Shown in pieces: positions 1-15,300 of a DNA stretch of 64,000 nucleotides (its first letter is position 1; each line of letters opens with the position of its first letter). A model generated the notes under the pieces. It ran no database searches and had not been told where the DNA came from. It saw only the letters and a program-made list of their open reading frames with translations. The DNA comes from Spizellomyces punctatus DAOM BR117 (lineage: Eukaryota), in the NCBI GenBank assembly GCA_000182565.2, contig KQ257468.1, one strand, 5' to 3'. The position numbers were made by a program, and so were the translations under genes.

Positions 1-1791
1 CGTATTGATAGCATCCACCCAACGCTGAGCATCACCTTTCAAAGCCTGCATTACCATGAAAGCGTTGAGTAAATGCACCTGTTGTATAGTCTACGCTTAA
101 GCTTACCTCCAGGTAGTACGTTCGTTTCGGTGTATGGACGAAGAAATGTCGCGTCCCTTTCAGCTCCACTTTGAGCTTCTCTGACCATGGAATCTCACTC
201 TTTGCAATGAGCTTGCCTTCATCAAAAAATTGAAGTCGCGGTAAGTCTGTCAACACCAAGCCGCGCTTTTTGGAGAACAATCCTTTTCTCTATTTTTCCA
301 AAAAATGACTCTAGTGTTAACGGCAAAGTTGTGTCGCAGCGACAGATACTAGTATAACTTTACCTTGTAAACGGTACCATTCATAATGATGAGTTCGGTG
401 TGGGATATTATCCGTCTGATGGGCGACGAAGCTTGCTCCTCTAGTTTCTTTGACCGGTCCGGATTACCGGCAATCTCTGCTTCGGGAACAACCGGCATTT
501 CTTCGAATGGGTCTCGAATTGCAGCGTCAATATCTCCATGGAACTGCCCTGTTCCAGTTGCCAGCCCCTCCATATCGCTTGTTAAATCCTCCATATTGTG
601 ATGGGATGTAGCTGGTAAGAACGGTCTGAGATTTGGGGCGGGTTTTTCGTGAAGATTCTCCCAGTCAAAGCCATCGAAAAATGGATGCTTTTGGATCTCC
701 TCCAATGTCGGTCGTTTACATGGATCGAGAACAAGGATCCGACTGACCAGATCCCGTGCAGAATCTGGAAACCCGTCAGGAAAGGAGTACTCGAGCTTTA
801 TTATCTTTTGGAATGTCTGATACTCGTTGGCTCCTTTGAATGGTGGTTTCCCGGCCAAGAGGTGGTATAAAATGCATCCTATCGCCCATATGTCAGAGGC
901 CTTGGAAGCGGCGCGGTCATTCAGTAGCTCTGGAGAACAGTACTCTGCCGTCCCCACGAAAGAGTTTCGGGCAGAGGTCTCATCTCGTGCCTGCTCGGCA
1001 TCGTCGGTTTTCGTATCATTCAAGGGCTTCGCGGTCCCAAAATCTGTAATCTACAAGGTTACGATATGAGTCCGAGAGAGTTCATTAGGTCAGAGAAAAT
1101 TGGCTGTAGAAAGTTACCTTGACGTGCATCTTTTCGTCCAGTAATATATTCTTTCAGAAATCATATTAGGTCGATTGCGAGTCCTTGCGAACAGATGATT
1201 CCATACACGACTTACCTCCGGCTTCAAGTCCCGATGAATGACGTCCATGTTGTGCAGATACATTACACCCGTTATGATCTCCGCAATGTAAAACCTTGCC
1301 CCTTCCACCTCAAAAGAGCCCAGTTTTCTTATGTATCCCAGCAGATCGCCATCTTTGGCCAGCTCTAGCACAAAGTAGAGGGAATGCATGTCTTGAAATG
1401 TGTAGAACAGCTTGATAATGAAGGGATGGGACAGGCGGTTGAGAACATCTTTTTCAATGTTGACATACTTCACTTTCTTTTCTTTTATGATATGCCGCTT
1501 ATCCAAGACCTTCACAGCGAATTCGCGGCGGGTACCGCTTTCTTTAGCGTACAGAACGGTGGAATACGATCCTTCTCCTAGCACACGGCCAAAAACAAAG
1601 TCCTCAGGTGTCCGTTTCCTGGCAGGGTTGGATGTTGACCGCGCATGTGGTAGAGGGGAGGAGCTGCCTGCGTTGTCGCGCCTTGATGCAGGGGAACCTT
1701 CATTTCCTGATGTTGAGGAACGGTGGGTAATGTCCGTATCACTTTGACCAAGGTGCAACTGTGGAGCCTCGCGGTCTGAAACAGCTGCCAT
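1..1791 (-). CDS. PDK1: 3-phosphoinositide-dependent protein kinase 1 (PDK1/Pkh/Ksg1) with C-terminal PH domain; spliced, 3' end runs off the window
   Basis: Spliced exons give LGEGSYSTV, FAVKVLDKRHIIKEKKVKYVNIEK, HRDLKPE|NILLD, ITDFGTA and RNSFVGTAEYCSPELL. The PH segment reads KKRGLVLTDLPRL...FFVHTPKRTYYLE. Start taken at MAAVSD (1791). Confidence 0.93.
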
Positions 1792-1964
1792 GCGTCGATC
1801 TCTGAAAATGGAGAAGCTCCAGGTGCAACTATCTGCTAACGCGTTACAGGTCGTGCTTTTGACCATTATACGCGCCCCATTGATGGCAGTGAAATGCAAT
1901 TATACTCGTACGATACTCTTTATACTTGTGCTCATGATACTTTTTGAGAGGTAATTTTCATGCA

Positions 1965-2579
1965 TTATTCAATATGTTTTAGATATCCTGCTGTAATAAA
2001 TGGCTCTACATCTGTTCTTCGTAAATAATGCTGGCTATTCTTCACCAAGCGAACGGCTCCGTTTTCCGTCATGACTTCACCACAATCTTTCAAAACCCTC
2101 ACTTCTACAAACAAATCTCGTGGTGGAACTAACGCCGCTCCAAGGTCCACTTCCAAAAACTGCCCTCGGTATTCGCTCACCAATCCCGTATACCCTGTTA
2201 TAAAGTCAGCCTCACTTGAACTGAGATTACGTCGCAGATCTGCCGGCAGAGCTGCATTACTACTCCCGCTCCCTCCACCCAGCTCCCACAGCGTGTCCAA
2301 AATGCGGTCTACTCGATGCCGAGTATACGCAAGAAGGCAGCGTTTTGAACGTCGCAGGGCCAGGTGATGCATGGTGGCTGCCGCAGTGAGGCCTGTCACT
2401 TGTTCTGGCAACGCCTTTTCGCGTTGAGCAAGGATATCTCTTAAGGAGGCTTCAAGATGTCGCATTTCGAGGAGGACATTGCGGACGAGGTCGTCTCGGT
2501 ATGGGGAAAGGGAAGGTGTTTCGGCTGTGCGTTTGGCGTCCTTAACAAGTTTTAGAGCGTCGTCGCTGTATATAGACAT
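1965..2579 (-). CDS. PSF1: DNA replication GINS complex subunit Psf1 (GINS1), single exon
   Basis: 204-aa ORF with LRRSKRCLLAY, PPRDLFVEVRVLKDCGEV and SQHYLRRTDVEPFI motifs typical of Psf1. Confidence 0.95.
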   Translation of the reverse strand: MSIYSDDALKLVKDAKRTAETPSLSPYRDDLVRNVLLEMRHLEASLRDILAQREKALPEQVTGLTAAATMHHLALRRSKRCLLAYTRHRVDRILDTLWELGGGSGSSNAALPADLRRNLSSSEADFITGYTGLVSEYRGQFLEVDLGAALVPPRDLFVEVRVLKDCGEVMTENGAVRLVKNSQHYLRRTDVEPFITAGYLKHIE

Positions 2580-3355
2580 TTAAGAGAGGGGTGGCAAGTA
2601 AGGTTATAGCACGTTGTTGTTGGACGACGACAAGAATTCAGAATGCAGCTGTAGATCGTTTACTGTTCCCAGCTGTGAATGACCAAGTCAGCTGACTGAT
2701 GACTGTGCCAGCAAACCTGTCTTGCTTGCCTTGCTGGACTGAGTTGTTTCGGCAGATCGCTGGACGTGATTCAAGAAATTACAATCTTTTTCTTCCATCA
2801 GCGTATTCCCCTTTTATTGCTTTCATTTCCTGTTTATTCGTCTTTTCTCGATGCTACCGCTCTTCATTGAGTCCGAGTAGCCTCGAACGGAATCCTATAT
2901 TCTTTCGGTTTTTTTGTTAAGACTTGTCGACATTTGGACAACACCAACATATTTATCTCCCAGAATTTCAGTCCGAAAAAACTTCGGTTATTCGGCTACA
3001 TCCGACGCCAGATGGAGACTTCAGACCCGCGAGCACTGACTGAAAAAACGCCCACATTGCTGCACTGGCAAGCGAAGTTTCAACAACGGCCCTGCGTGAG
3101 AACCAGTGTTGCGTATATTCATCCTTTGAAAAAGGATCAGGAACGTTTATCAAAGTGTAGCTTTGAATCGGTACGTTCTCGATAGTCTCAACCGAGCGCA
3201 TAGATCTCACTTTGACCGTAACCCCACAGCTGTCCTGAGGCTCGATAGTTTCGAGCGGGGTAGAGCATAATCGGACAACATCCGTTTCGTTGTAAACGCG
3301 CAATTTGGAAAGAGTCTACGCATAGGGTGTCGCATATAGCACCGAGTCATCTATC

Positions 3356-6300
3356 ATGAATTACACGCGATCGGGCGGCCGTGGCCGTGGGCGACATCCG
3401 AATATCCCGGCCTCAGGTATGCTCATTTCATCTGGCGTATGGGAATGATATGAATTCTTGGATATGATACAGGAATAAGTGCTTCAAGCCGCTCCAGGAT
3501 GCTACTGTCCAATATTCTGCGAAATGATGGAGACCATTCCTATGCAAATCGTATTACAACAGCTGAGCAGCTGTCGTCTCTTTTGGCGTCAACACAGATG
3601 CATTCAAGTGCCATCGATCAAAGGACGCTGTTAGATTTGATATATCTAGCGCAACAGGAATTTGAACAGGTTTTACAGGAGCAACGGTATGCTTTCTCGA
3701 TTTATGCCGAGATATCCGTTGATATTAAACGGGTTTGCACGTAGAGCCCCGGCGGTGTTCAGGCAAGCGTTTTGCCGTGCTGTTGCCACCCTTGGTCGCA
3801 CCCTCCGTGGAGACATGCCTGTGTTCTTGCATTGGATTTTTGGGCGATTATTATCGCCAAGCACGACGGAAACTACCAAAGACATGGACATGGACACAAA
3901 AAGCTGGCTGTTGTTTACCTTGCGCGAGGTACGAGGAAGGGACACAGCGCTTTACGAACAGGGTCAATGAAGCTAATTTGTCATTCGCAGTTTCTTGATC
4001 TACCAGCGAACGGTCCTTTACAGTCAACTGCGTGGGTTGATGAACACATGGGATATATTTCGACAGAGTTACAAACGTTCCTGGATGCTATGGAGTCTCC
4101 GATTTATCTGCCAAAGACGCTTGACGTGATTCAAATAATAGCTGAAAAGCACCCGGAAAGGTTTACCAATTCATTCAAGGTAAGGAGACCTTTTTCTGTT
4201 GACAGTACAAAGACTAAATAGTTGTCGCAACCAGGATGTTGTCGATCTCCTTGTAGGATGGAGCATAGACCCCAACATCCCAAAGAACAATGTTTCGCTG
4301 ATAGCAGGTGCAGCGCGCGTTTATAAAATGCCAACACACAAGCAGCGGTTTACTTATTACGAATATTCGTTCAGATACTTTCAAAAAGCTATGGCCGTTC
4401 TGGCTGCAGCATATTGATTTCAGCCTGGAGCTCGCACGACATTTGATATCCGACATAGAAGGATTGGTGCAAGTGCAATGTAACCCCAGAGCCACCCAAG
4501 TTCCACATCCTGATGTCGACACAGTAAAAGATCGATCCCATCGTCTACCTCAGAGCGCGATTACACTTATGAGGTACATAAATATGATAATCAACCGTAA
4601 ATATGCCTACTCTTACGCTTTGGACGGGCATCGTGCAGATGTTTTCACGCAGTGCTGTATGTGATCACCTTTGCAGGATTTCCTAGCTTAAACGCAGAAT
4701 GCCAGGCCCCGTTACCATTCCAGTCGAATCCATATGAAAGCTACTTGTTACTAGTGCAATGGTGCCTAGATCTCATAGTTGCTGTCGGGCGGAAATATGA
4801 AGATCGCGGATGGTTATCACAAGGTTTCTACACTTTAGTCTGAGGATCTCGGCCGCTAGTATTTATGCATTGTTTGGCCGACTTTAGGTTACGGTTTCAT
4901 TAAATTCCTGAGTCGAGCGCTTGGCAAACACTTTATGCCCTATCAGCAGACTGCTGTAGAGTGCTTAATACTCGATTGCAGACTATTGGTTGATGAGAAC
5001 AATGCGTGGGATAGTCCTCTTGTCAAACGAGCTGTCGACGACTGGATAGAGTCGGTAGATGAGGTACTTTGTATGAGACCTTCCGAATTTTTGCATATAC
5101 ATTTATTTACCCTGCGGTCGCGTTTCAGATTCTGGCTCTGTGGGAACCGCACATTTCAAGCAAGATAGTGCCAGCTTTCATGGTGCCGTCCATTTCGCCC
5201 TTGCTGAAAGATCTGCGCAAAGCATGTCACCGGGATCCATCATTTTTGCGGAAACTCCGCAATTGGAGCACCAGGATATTGCAGGCCCTTGAAGCCGAAT
5301 CGCAGGATGCCTCCCAGACCAATGATGACAAAGCCGGGAGTTTGGACGAAGTTGTTCTTGAAATGCACGACATTTTTCGGAGGTTGATATCTCTGAATGC
5401 GAAAGATCATGATGATGCTCAAGCGGAGAAAATGGATGTATCTAATGGGACGTTCATTCATGAATCTCTCAGTCATGTTCTTTTGGGATTAGAAAAGCAC
5501 CGGGCGACCAGCACATCTTACTGTGAATATGTGGGACCCTTGCTCAAGGAAGACGTGGATATGCTTATCGATCTACTACTTTGGGATTGTCGATTCCTTG
5601 CTGATGCAGTGCAATACACAGCTGGGGGGCTTGATGGCGCCGGTCTTTTAGTATTACTGTCTTCGATGATAGAAAATGTGGGTAGGGTTGCTGTCATCAA
5701 TAACAGAATCGGATTGGGTACCAAGATTAGAGGGACTCTGCTACTTTCTGGTTATGTGGTTGCCCGCAGGTATGTAGATGTGCAGTTCAGGTGTTTCGGA
5801 GGAATACAACTGAATCTTGTCGCCTGTCAGTCAATCTTTCTTCTCCATTGAAAGCAAAGACCACAATGTTGATGAAAAGAAGAATTCCCAGGAGCGTTCT
5901 CTGAGTTACTTCCAAATGCAGCTAAAGTGCATTTTGACGGTCGCTCAATTCCCTGATATTGACCATGATGAGAAGCTGATTACCATTTGCTGGTTCTACG
6001 AACTTATGGACAGCATATTGCACGGTACCAAATGTCTGGCTGCAAGTCACTTGCTGATCGAGGAGTGCGCGGGACTTGTGCAAGCTTGCGTGGAGGCGTT
6101 CCGATATCTGCTTGGTAGCGTACGATCCTATGACGATGGTTAATTCCTGATACACCAACACCAACTCATTTTGATGTTCTGTTTCCTCTGCCAGATGTGG
6201 AAGCCGACGGTGAAATCCGCGGAGAGTTTGCTCTGGTGTGGAAGTCTTGTATCCGATGGACTGATGTATTACGACATTTTGGCTTGCGTAGCGCAATTGA

Positions 6301-9300
6301 CAGGATTGTGGGGATTATATTCAATGCTGCGATAGCAAGGTACGGCATGGTCGTGCTCTGCAATACACCGTGGAATTGAAGTTACTAAGAGGTGCAATAC
6401 AGGGTGCATGATATTGATAAAGCGGTAGCAGAAAGACATTTTGTCGTCCTTGCCTCCATGCGTCCTATAAGTACATTGATGGCAAGCAGCAAGCGGCGTG
6501 ATTCACATCATGATCCATTTTTACTCACGAAGGTATAATTACAATGTTCCTTGTTTCTTGCAATTGCTAAATGTGATCTCTTTTAAGATGGAACTAATGT
6601 CGAAGCCTCCATCGGGTACTTTCCGATCAAAACATTTCCAATTGGTTGTCGCGCAATTAGGCATGGAAGCATATTTCCTGCAATCAGATGAGCCAGGTGC
6701 CCCACCAGCTCAGGAACTTGATCATACAGACTGGCTGGAACGATTATTTCATGTCTGCCAATGTGCGACAGGCATGGAGCGATCTGCTGCTCCGACATCT
6801 GGTATACATGAGTGTTCAATGGTTTCATCGCTTGAACCGCTTTTGAGGGACGGTTTCTTCCTATTAAGGTTCTCCTGATGTCGTCCGAATTGATACATGG
6901 GAAGATCCTCTCCTTTTTTGGGCGCTGTGGGAAAGTGCCCGTTACTGTGTGTTGTCGAGGTTGCGAACACCGCTTGGGTCTCCGGTGCAGGTTAGTGCCG
7001 CATCAGTTCCCTCCTTCCTTATTTTGTGCAGCTTTATTGAAATCCCTTGAAGACGTTCGCGAGTATCGAAAGAGTATTGAAAGATTCAGTTGCAAATTTC
7101 GGTCGCCAGGCAGTACGCCCTGGAGATACCAATGAGCACTTACCAGCAACGTACGTGTGCAAACGTTTAGCGTCTTCGTGTCTCGTGAACTCAGCGGTTT
7201 CCAGCTTGATTAAGGACGCTCAACGGCTCCGACATCTACTCATGCTTATTGATTTACTGGAGATTCAAATTCGCAATGCTGCAGAAGGGGCTTACCACGC
7301 CTCTCCTGCTTCAACGTTATTTTTTCATACAAACAAGCGCACATGCGACGAGTGGTTCATGAGGATTCGGAAACATTTAGTTGCTGGCGGAAAGCTTACA
7401 GGGTCGGCCGCGTTCACCATAAAACATGGCATGGAGGTGCGCAGAGCAAAGATATCCAGATGTCGTACGCTGAGGGGCTTATTCGTATGCGATTTTTTCT
7501 GGGGCAGTATCTTGCGGAGCGGTCGGCAAGCATTTTGCGACATGACAAAAACGATAAAGCTACCTTCGCCGCGGATATTGAGAGCGTCACTGTTGATATT
7601 TGTAAGATTGCAACGCTTCGTTATGTGCGCTGCAATTAAACTCAAGTGAAGAGTTTCTGGTGCTCAGGCGATGCGTTGGTCACTTACAAAGATGCCGATA
7701 CTGTGTATGGGATTGCTGCATGGTTAGAGAAGGTGATACCCCAACGTTCGGATGAGTTATCACCAAGTGACGGGCAGCCATGTAAGTTTAAGACAGTATC
7801 GGTCAAGGAAGTGTATCGTCACCGACAGTCTTCGTATACACCATTGCAGCTGTAAGGTTACTCAAAAAGTCCGACGTTCACAACAATGCGGGCGGTAGTT
7901 CCCCATTCTCTTTTACGTGGGCTCGAAGTGCTGCAGATATTGCTGAAGTGAGTGATAGCATGAGGCTTTTGGAAATTCATACGTAGCTGGAGCAAGGAAA
8001 TTACCCTTCAGGGTCGTTACGAAACTGCTCTTCCGGAACTCCGTAACAAGTTCCAGGCTTCTATCAAGGGGGGCAAGATATCTTTCACAAAGTCTTTCAG
8101 CAGCCTGGTTCAAAATGTAGGTCCTGAAACCTGCGAAATGGCCTTTCTGACACCTATTTACGCTCCGTTTTTATAGATTACGCGCTGCTACCTACAATTA
8201 CGTGACTGGGACGGTTTAGCTGAATGGAATGGCATGCTGAAAACAGTGAAACAAGATGCACTCCATAACAATGATACATCGCCGTTCGATCTTGACCATC
8301 ATCGAACAATCTTGTCCGCGTGGTCCGAACTCACAGACCCCTATCAAGATCTCAATTCTGATCGAGGATTGACTCTGGAGAATTCATTTGATATTGCCGG
8401 AATCCAACATGTAGGCCTTCCTGGTGCATATATGGCCAGAGCGGAAGGGCAGCTATGGAAGGCTCTCACCCTGATGAGAGCAGAGGATCTGCCTAGTGCC
8501 CAGGAGTATTTGGCTTCTGCCCTTGAGTTATTGAAACAGATTATAAAGTACCATCCGGAGACCTCGCCACACGATTTGACGTATTCACTTGTGCAAGTCC
8601 AACTCGCCAAATGGATTGAAAATATAAATCTGCCTGCCAAATCTGACTTAGCGGGGTTATTATCGGAATGCGACAATGACCGAGCGCTAGCTTCTCTGAG
8701 ATGCGCGGATTTGTCGACTTTGAATCTTTTGCACAACATTGTTACTGCTGTGCTGCAGACCAAATTGTCCGTCCTAGAAGGGGCACAGTTCGAGACAGCA
8801 AACGAAAACTTGCGCTTTTCTGTTGGCAGGTTAGCGCGAAAGAGTAAGAATTATGCTCTTGCTCGCAGAACGTCGAAGTCAGCGGACCACCTGGGCTTTT
8901 TTTCCCTTCAGGATCTTAAGAGTCGCTACGATTTTGCCAAATTGTTATATGCTGATGGAAAGGCGGTCGATGCGTTGCATGCGGTGTTGTCCACTTTGGA
9001 CAAGCTCGGCAGGCCCCGTGTGGATCAATTGCGGAATAACGGCCGTGCCGAGTCTGAGGAAGGCAGCTGTGCAGTGATGTACTCAAAGCACTTGCTGCTA
9101 TTATCAAAGTGGATCCAAGCATTCCAACTGAATACTTCAGAATGGCGCGCTGTCGAAGACGCCATCCGAAGCGCTGAAATTGCCAATGACGTTCGGGCTG
9201 CTGCTTCGGAAGAGAAATCACAGACGGCTTTCGTTGGCAGTATAGCCGAGCGCTGCCTTGTTACAGCGACGGCGCACACCCCGATGTATCCTAAAGCATG

Positions 9301-12300
9301 GTTGAACTACGGACATTTCTGCTATCATCAAGGCAGGAAAGCTCTTGAGGACATGACAGGAAAGCCATTCAAAGTACTGGAGTCATTCCCGCTCGAAATG
9401 AAATATATGTTTGAAGAACTAGCAAGGGCTTCTACGCCTCGCGAAGAGAATGTCAAGGTAACACTGATACTTCCTGTCTCCTCTTTGTCGATGTGGATTT
9501 AACCAAGTTCTCCATTGTGTAGGTTATTTTAGAAATTATTTCGCAGGAGCTCGTTAACAGCACAAAACAGAAACCTCGCGACGACCATCCGCCTTTGGAG
9601 GGAGTTCTACGTGCAACCTTCCCAGAGCTCGAGGTTGAGGCAATTGAAAAGATCGGATCCGCTATACGGGCTTTAAAGCATAGAGTGCTGGACCGCTTCT
9701 ACTCGGCAGCATCGGCTTATTTCAAATTCTTGGACGTTGCGAATGCGGCTCACGTTGCCTCGGTAAGTCTTGGGATATGAACTAGTCACAGGTCTATCTA
9801 ATTCTTGTGCTAACTATTCGCGTGCTCAGGACGCTGACAATACCACTGCCACTCTTCGCATTCTGCGATTATTTTTGAATATTGGGGCGTACTTCAAGGA
9901 GGACTTCACGCGCATGTTCGAAGCCACCCCTTTGGTACCCTGGGAAAGTGTTCTCCCGCAGCTTTATGCGCGCACCGACCATCCAGAGGCTTTTGTGCGA
10001 GATACCATTGCGGACTTGCTTTGTAAGATAGGAAAAACGTCCCCTCACCTGGTCGTTTATCATGCCGTCGTGGAGTCGTCAACGGAACAAGCCACATCGG
10101 CGGAGATTCATATGCCATGGTCCAAGCGTGTACTCCAAGTATTGAAACAAGGCGGCTCGGAAGGATTAGTAACAGAGGTCCAGCGCATGGTGAACGAACT
10201 CAAGAGGATGACTGTGCTATGGGAAGAAATGTGGCTCCACAAGTTGCGGCACCTGCATGTTGACGCAATAAAGCGACTGCAGCAGATCGAAAGAGAGGCA
10301 AATAGGGTTGGCGCAAGTGTGTCGCTGCCTGAAACGGAGAAGAACACCATCATTTTCGAGTACTATCAGACTATAACGAGACCATTAGTCACCGCTCTGG
10401 AAACCCTTCTGCGTACAACAACTTGCTCACCCTCCAGCACACCGCACGAATTCTGGTTTCAAGATACGTACGGGAAACGAATCAAAGATGCCCTATTGGC
10501 TCTACAAAGCCCGAAAGATCCGACAATGCCTAGAGCTGCTTGGACGGCTTTCGAAGAGGTACAGTTATCGTCCGGCTGCATTGGTAGCCATTTGACTGAC
10601 CGTAATTTTACAGATTCACGCTGATCTTTCTCGAGAATTGCAACGCAACCGGCAGCTCAAGCTATCGAACGTCAGCCCAGTCTTGGCAAGGTCCCGTGAT
10701 TCGATTATCCCTATGCCAGGCATGCCTGTGCACGACCGTTTAGTCACTATACGGAGGTTTAATCATGATCTTCACGTTCTACCAACAAAGACAAAACCAA
10801 AAAAGCTGGAATTGATGGGTTCCGACGGTGTGCGATACACTTACCTCTTCAAAGGCTTGGAAGACCTCCATTTAGACGAGCGAATCCAGCAACTTTTGCG
10901 AACAGTCAACCAATTTCTCACGCGAGACAAATCTTCCGCACATCGTGGGTTGCATGCTCGGACATATCCCGTCATTCCCTTCGGACAACGGTTTGGCATG
11001 ATTAAATGGGTCGATGATGTCATCCCACTGTTTAGTTTGTATAAGCGTTGGCAGCACCGCGAGTACACGGCGAAAATGCTGCAAAGAAAAGAGGGGGATC
11101 CACCACCCCCAAAACCTCACGAACAATATTATGCGAAGATAAGAGCCGGCCTGCAGCGTCACGGGTTGTCAAAAAAGGCGGCACGCCGAAACTGGCCATT
11201 AGATGTTATGCGCGAAGCATTTCAAGAATTGAAGAAGGAGACGCCCACCAATTTACTAGCCAGGGAACTCTCCGGATCATCTGCCACCCCTGCGGATTGG
11301 TGGCGAAAAACCAAGTCTTTTGTGCGATCAGTTGCCGTTATGTCTGTTATCGGCTACGTTATTGGCCTCGGAGATCGTCATCTTGATAACATACTACTAG
11401 ATCCCGTCACTGGGGAAGTCATTCACATTGATTACAATGTTTGCTTTGAAAATGGACGCAAATTACGGGTGCCTGAGACGGTACCGTTCAGGTTAACTCA
11501 GAATATCTTAGGAGCATTTGGTGTCACGGGGGTGGATGGAGTATTCAAGATTGCTTGCGAAAACACAATGCGCGTCATGCGTGAGAACCATAAAACGCTA
11601 TTAACGTTACTTGAAGCCTTTGTGTATGATCCGTTGGTGGACTGGACGAAGGATCAAGCTGGCGTCTTAAGTAAGCAAACACTTGAGGTGAACGTAAACA
11701 TCGGTCTTCTCTGTTCTCGGATTGGTAAGTGCAGCCATTGGTGGGAGGGCGCTATGTTTATGTTGCTCATACGTCAGGTCCCGTGTAGCGGAGAAAAGAG
11801 AACCAGTCGGCAAATATGTGCATGCGCTTCTCTCCACTTGTGGTAGTAATGTTGACGACCAGGCGTCTAAAGGGATCCAAGAATCCATTGCCATGCTGGC
11901 CATCACAGACGGTCGCAGCGGGCAAGCGAAAAAAATGACACATGTCAGCGATCAAGACAAAGAGGCTTCCTTACGCGATGCGTTGCAAAAGCGCTATGTC
12001 GACTGCGAGACCTGGATCGCCCGACACTCCGCGGCCTTGCTCACATTGAAGGTGAGGCTTCGTAAATCAACATAGGAAGAGGTTCTGTGCAATTCTCAAT
12101 CAAATCCAATTATTTCAGGGACCTTACCTGCAGAGATGTGCTGCGGATGTTCTGAATGTCGACCCTGTCAATGTTTTTCCTCCATTTGCCCCTACAACCT
12201 ACGCATTGGGCGCGAATGAAGGCCATATAATGCGCTGCGTGGAAGTTGACCAGGAGATATTCCGCGTAACTACTGAACGGGCTGCCTGTTATCAAGTCAT

Positions 12301-15300
12301 TGTGAAGCATTTGCAGATGTATCAAGTCCTTGCCGCTCCTGTAGCGGACCTACTCTTGAACCAGGATTACTTCCTGAAGTGGAAGGGCATTCTTCAGACA
12401 CTGATCTCCTCGGAGCTTGATCAAACCGCGATTCAGAGAGTTCTTTCTTCGAATTCGGATGTGACTCGTACTGAACAGACTAGAAAAGCCGCGCTTGAAG
12501 CCATCATGAAAACAACATGTCTAGCAAAGGAGGAAGAATATATGAAATGCAGCGCTGCAGTTACTGCAGTATCTCCTGAACCAGAAGCGGCAGGTCAAGA
12601 ACTCGGCATCTTCTCAAATATACACGCGTCAAAAAAGCCCGTCGTTTTAATTCAGTGCGCAATGCTGGATACTCTGGCGCATTTCGGCCATCTACTCTAC
12701 GTGCTTATTAAGGATCCATTGAAACGCGAATCAATATTTGCAAACGATAACTTTGGAATCCAGCGAATATCGCAAAGATCGGTCCACGTGTTTGGCGGGT
12801 ACCCGTTTGAGCCAGATAATCTTCATGAGGTGCATTCCATAGCGTCTTCGGCAGTTGTCGCCATCGAGGGATTGAATGGTAAGTTGCCACTATTGAGCGC
12901 TTCGATTAATGGCATAAATTTAATCAATCACCACTAGAATCTGCCCACAAATCTGGCGACACTACGGATTCTGATTCTCTTCAAGTTCTTCAGAATTACG
13001 TCGATCTGTTAGAATGCGTCAGAGCCATTCAATGGCACGTCGCCGACGTTCTTGTTCCTGAAGTCATCCTTATCTTAGCCCAAAAGGAAGACTCTTCCCT
13101 GCAAAGCCTCCTGACTGATCTGGAAAGACTATGTTCAGGTGTCGACAATACACTCGACCAGAGCTCGGAAGCATTCCAAACCGTCGCGGCGAAATTGGTA
13201 AGTATTCGAGCTTCGGCAGAACCCATTCGCTATCTAACGCAAGTGTAAGGGTGCGGAGTTTCCGGCTCTGTGCGCGGAATATGGTTCGCAACCTTCCACC
13301 GGTGCCCAGGCGATCCTGTCATCTTTCAATCATTTTTTCACCCCGATAGTAAACGGAATGCGCCATCTTCCTGGTCAGAAGGGTACCAATGAAGCGCAGA
13401 TTATTCACAACGCCCTCATGGTGCAACAGATACTGGTACGGGTCGTCTCTCGTTATCTGACAGCTGCGACTTTCGCAACTCACTGCCGAATAGTCCATTT
13501 TGCACATATTGCAGGCCTCCCAGCGTTACTACCAACAGGCTGAAATGGATACTGACGATCCGTCCAATGAATGGATTGCCAATTATGATTTTTGCGACAT
13601 TATGCGGGAGAGCGAGCATTTTGCAACAGCGACTGCGACATTGAAGCGGTATCTCGACATCTGCATCAGAGAAATATGCATGAAGCCTATGGCAAAGCTG
13701 TTTAATAAAAGCATAAAGCGCGTTGGTGGGACTCTGGGAAGTGAGCGTGCAAACGACCAAGAGAAATCCGGCCGTGCACTGATCGGAATACCGTTTGTTG
13801 ACCAAGCACATGCTCTGATCAATGCTCATGTTCCCTTCGATGGAGAGCTTCGTCAGCAATTGATGGCTCTCCAAGATCTCCTTTCCCGTGATGTTGAGCG
13901 ACGTGTCCAAATGGACATCAGCCAAAAAGTAACTGACAGCGGCAATCACTCCATTGTGTTGCATTATATAACCTTGTAATCCTAACTTCATAGGGGATCG
14001 GCCATCTTCGACGATTTGAGGCCCGACTACAGCAGCGTAAGCTGGCGTTAACTCGGTACCAGCTAGTGCACGAATCAGCCTTGACGTACCCTATACGACA
14101 TGGTGCGACTGAGGCACCCTTACCGATGGAGACTCCTCGCCTACAGGTACTATGCTATGATCACAGTCACTCCTTACTATTGGTATTAACGGCTAGATAT
14201 CGTAGTTCATTGAAAGTTTAAAACGCGATATGCCCCTTCTATTACAGCTCTGTAGTGATTTGCGCTCACTTGCGGGAGCCTGCCAGATTTTGGAGTCTGA
14301 GCTCGCGCCACTTCTCGCTTGGTCCTCGGCAGATTCTTCCAAAGAGCATGCAATTAGCGCGTTCGGAGACGCCTGCCGTACGCGCCATGCTCAAATCATG
14401 ATGGAGACTCAGCGGGTGAGTGGGGTGACCCAAAGGATTCTGTGATAGTCGTCTTAATATTTGCTATAACTAGATTCAAGACATTATCGAACTCTGCGAT
14501 ACCCTTGTTCACTTTGAAACATTTCGCGGTCCTGGTGGAAGGATGCAGTCGATGGAAAAAGATACGTTAGAACTGGTGGAAGCACTCAAACAAGTGGTGA
14601 ACAAGCCTAATTACACTGGGGTCTTGAAACCGAATTCGGGTGTGAGTGAAGATGAGCAAGTTTCTATACAGGTACTTGATTCGACGGTAAATCTCACGCC
14701 AGGAAATTGTAATAACGTTACATTTGTTTAGGAGAAACTACTAGCAGTACATCATGCCTATCAGAATTGTGACAGAGTACTTGAGGACATTCACAAGATC
14801 ATGAAGAATCTATACAAAACATCCGCAGTTCTTCCCTCTGCGAAGAACATGACAGCCGAGATACAGGTAGGTGTTGAGAGACCGCGCATAAATTGCACTC
14901 GTCCTCACACATCTGGTAGGAGTATCTGAGTCAATGGAGCCATTGCGGCCAGAAAATAAAGGGGCTTGAAGTGGCTTCACGGAACCCGCCCGACAGGACG
15001 TCCCTGGTAATAACTTGTTGACGCCTGGCCAGAATGGAAATGAAACTCATTCTTTTCTCTGATGTGCAGGAGAAAACGATGAACAAAATTCACTTGGAAG
15101 TCGAAAGGTGCATCAAGATGCTCTTCTCCTTCAGCTCACTGAAGCCGCTAGAGATCGCACTGGAGGCGGAACGAGAGGAACTGGCTCAGAGTCCATTGCA
15201 ATCTCCCACCGAAGAGAAACTGCCTGAATCCCTACCTACGCACGAATCAGACTGGCTGGCTTTGCAGCCACACCAGCCAATGGTCGTTCATGAGAGTGGA

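Noticed and set aside
2968-3303. 111-aa minus-strand ORF and other short ORFs between PSF1 and SMG1
   Set aside because: No recognisable motifs, non-ATG start, and located in a divergent promoter/UTR region.
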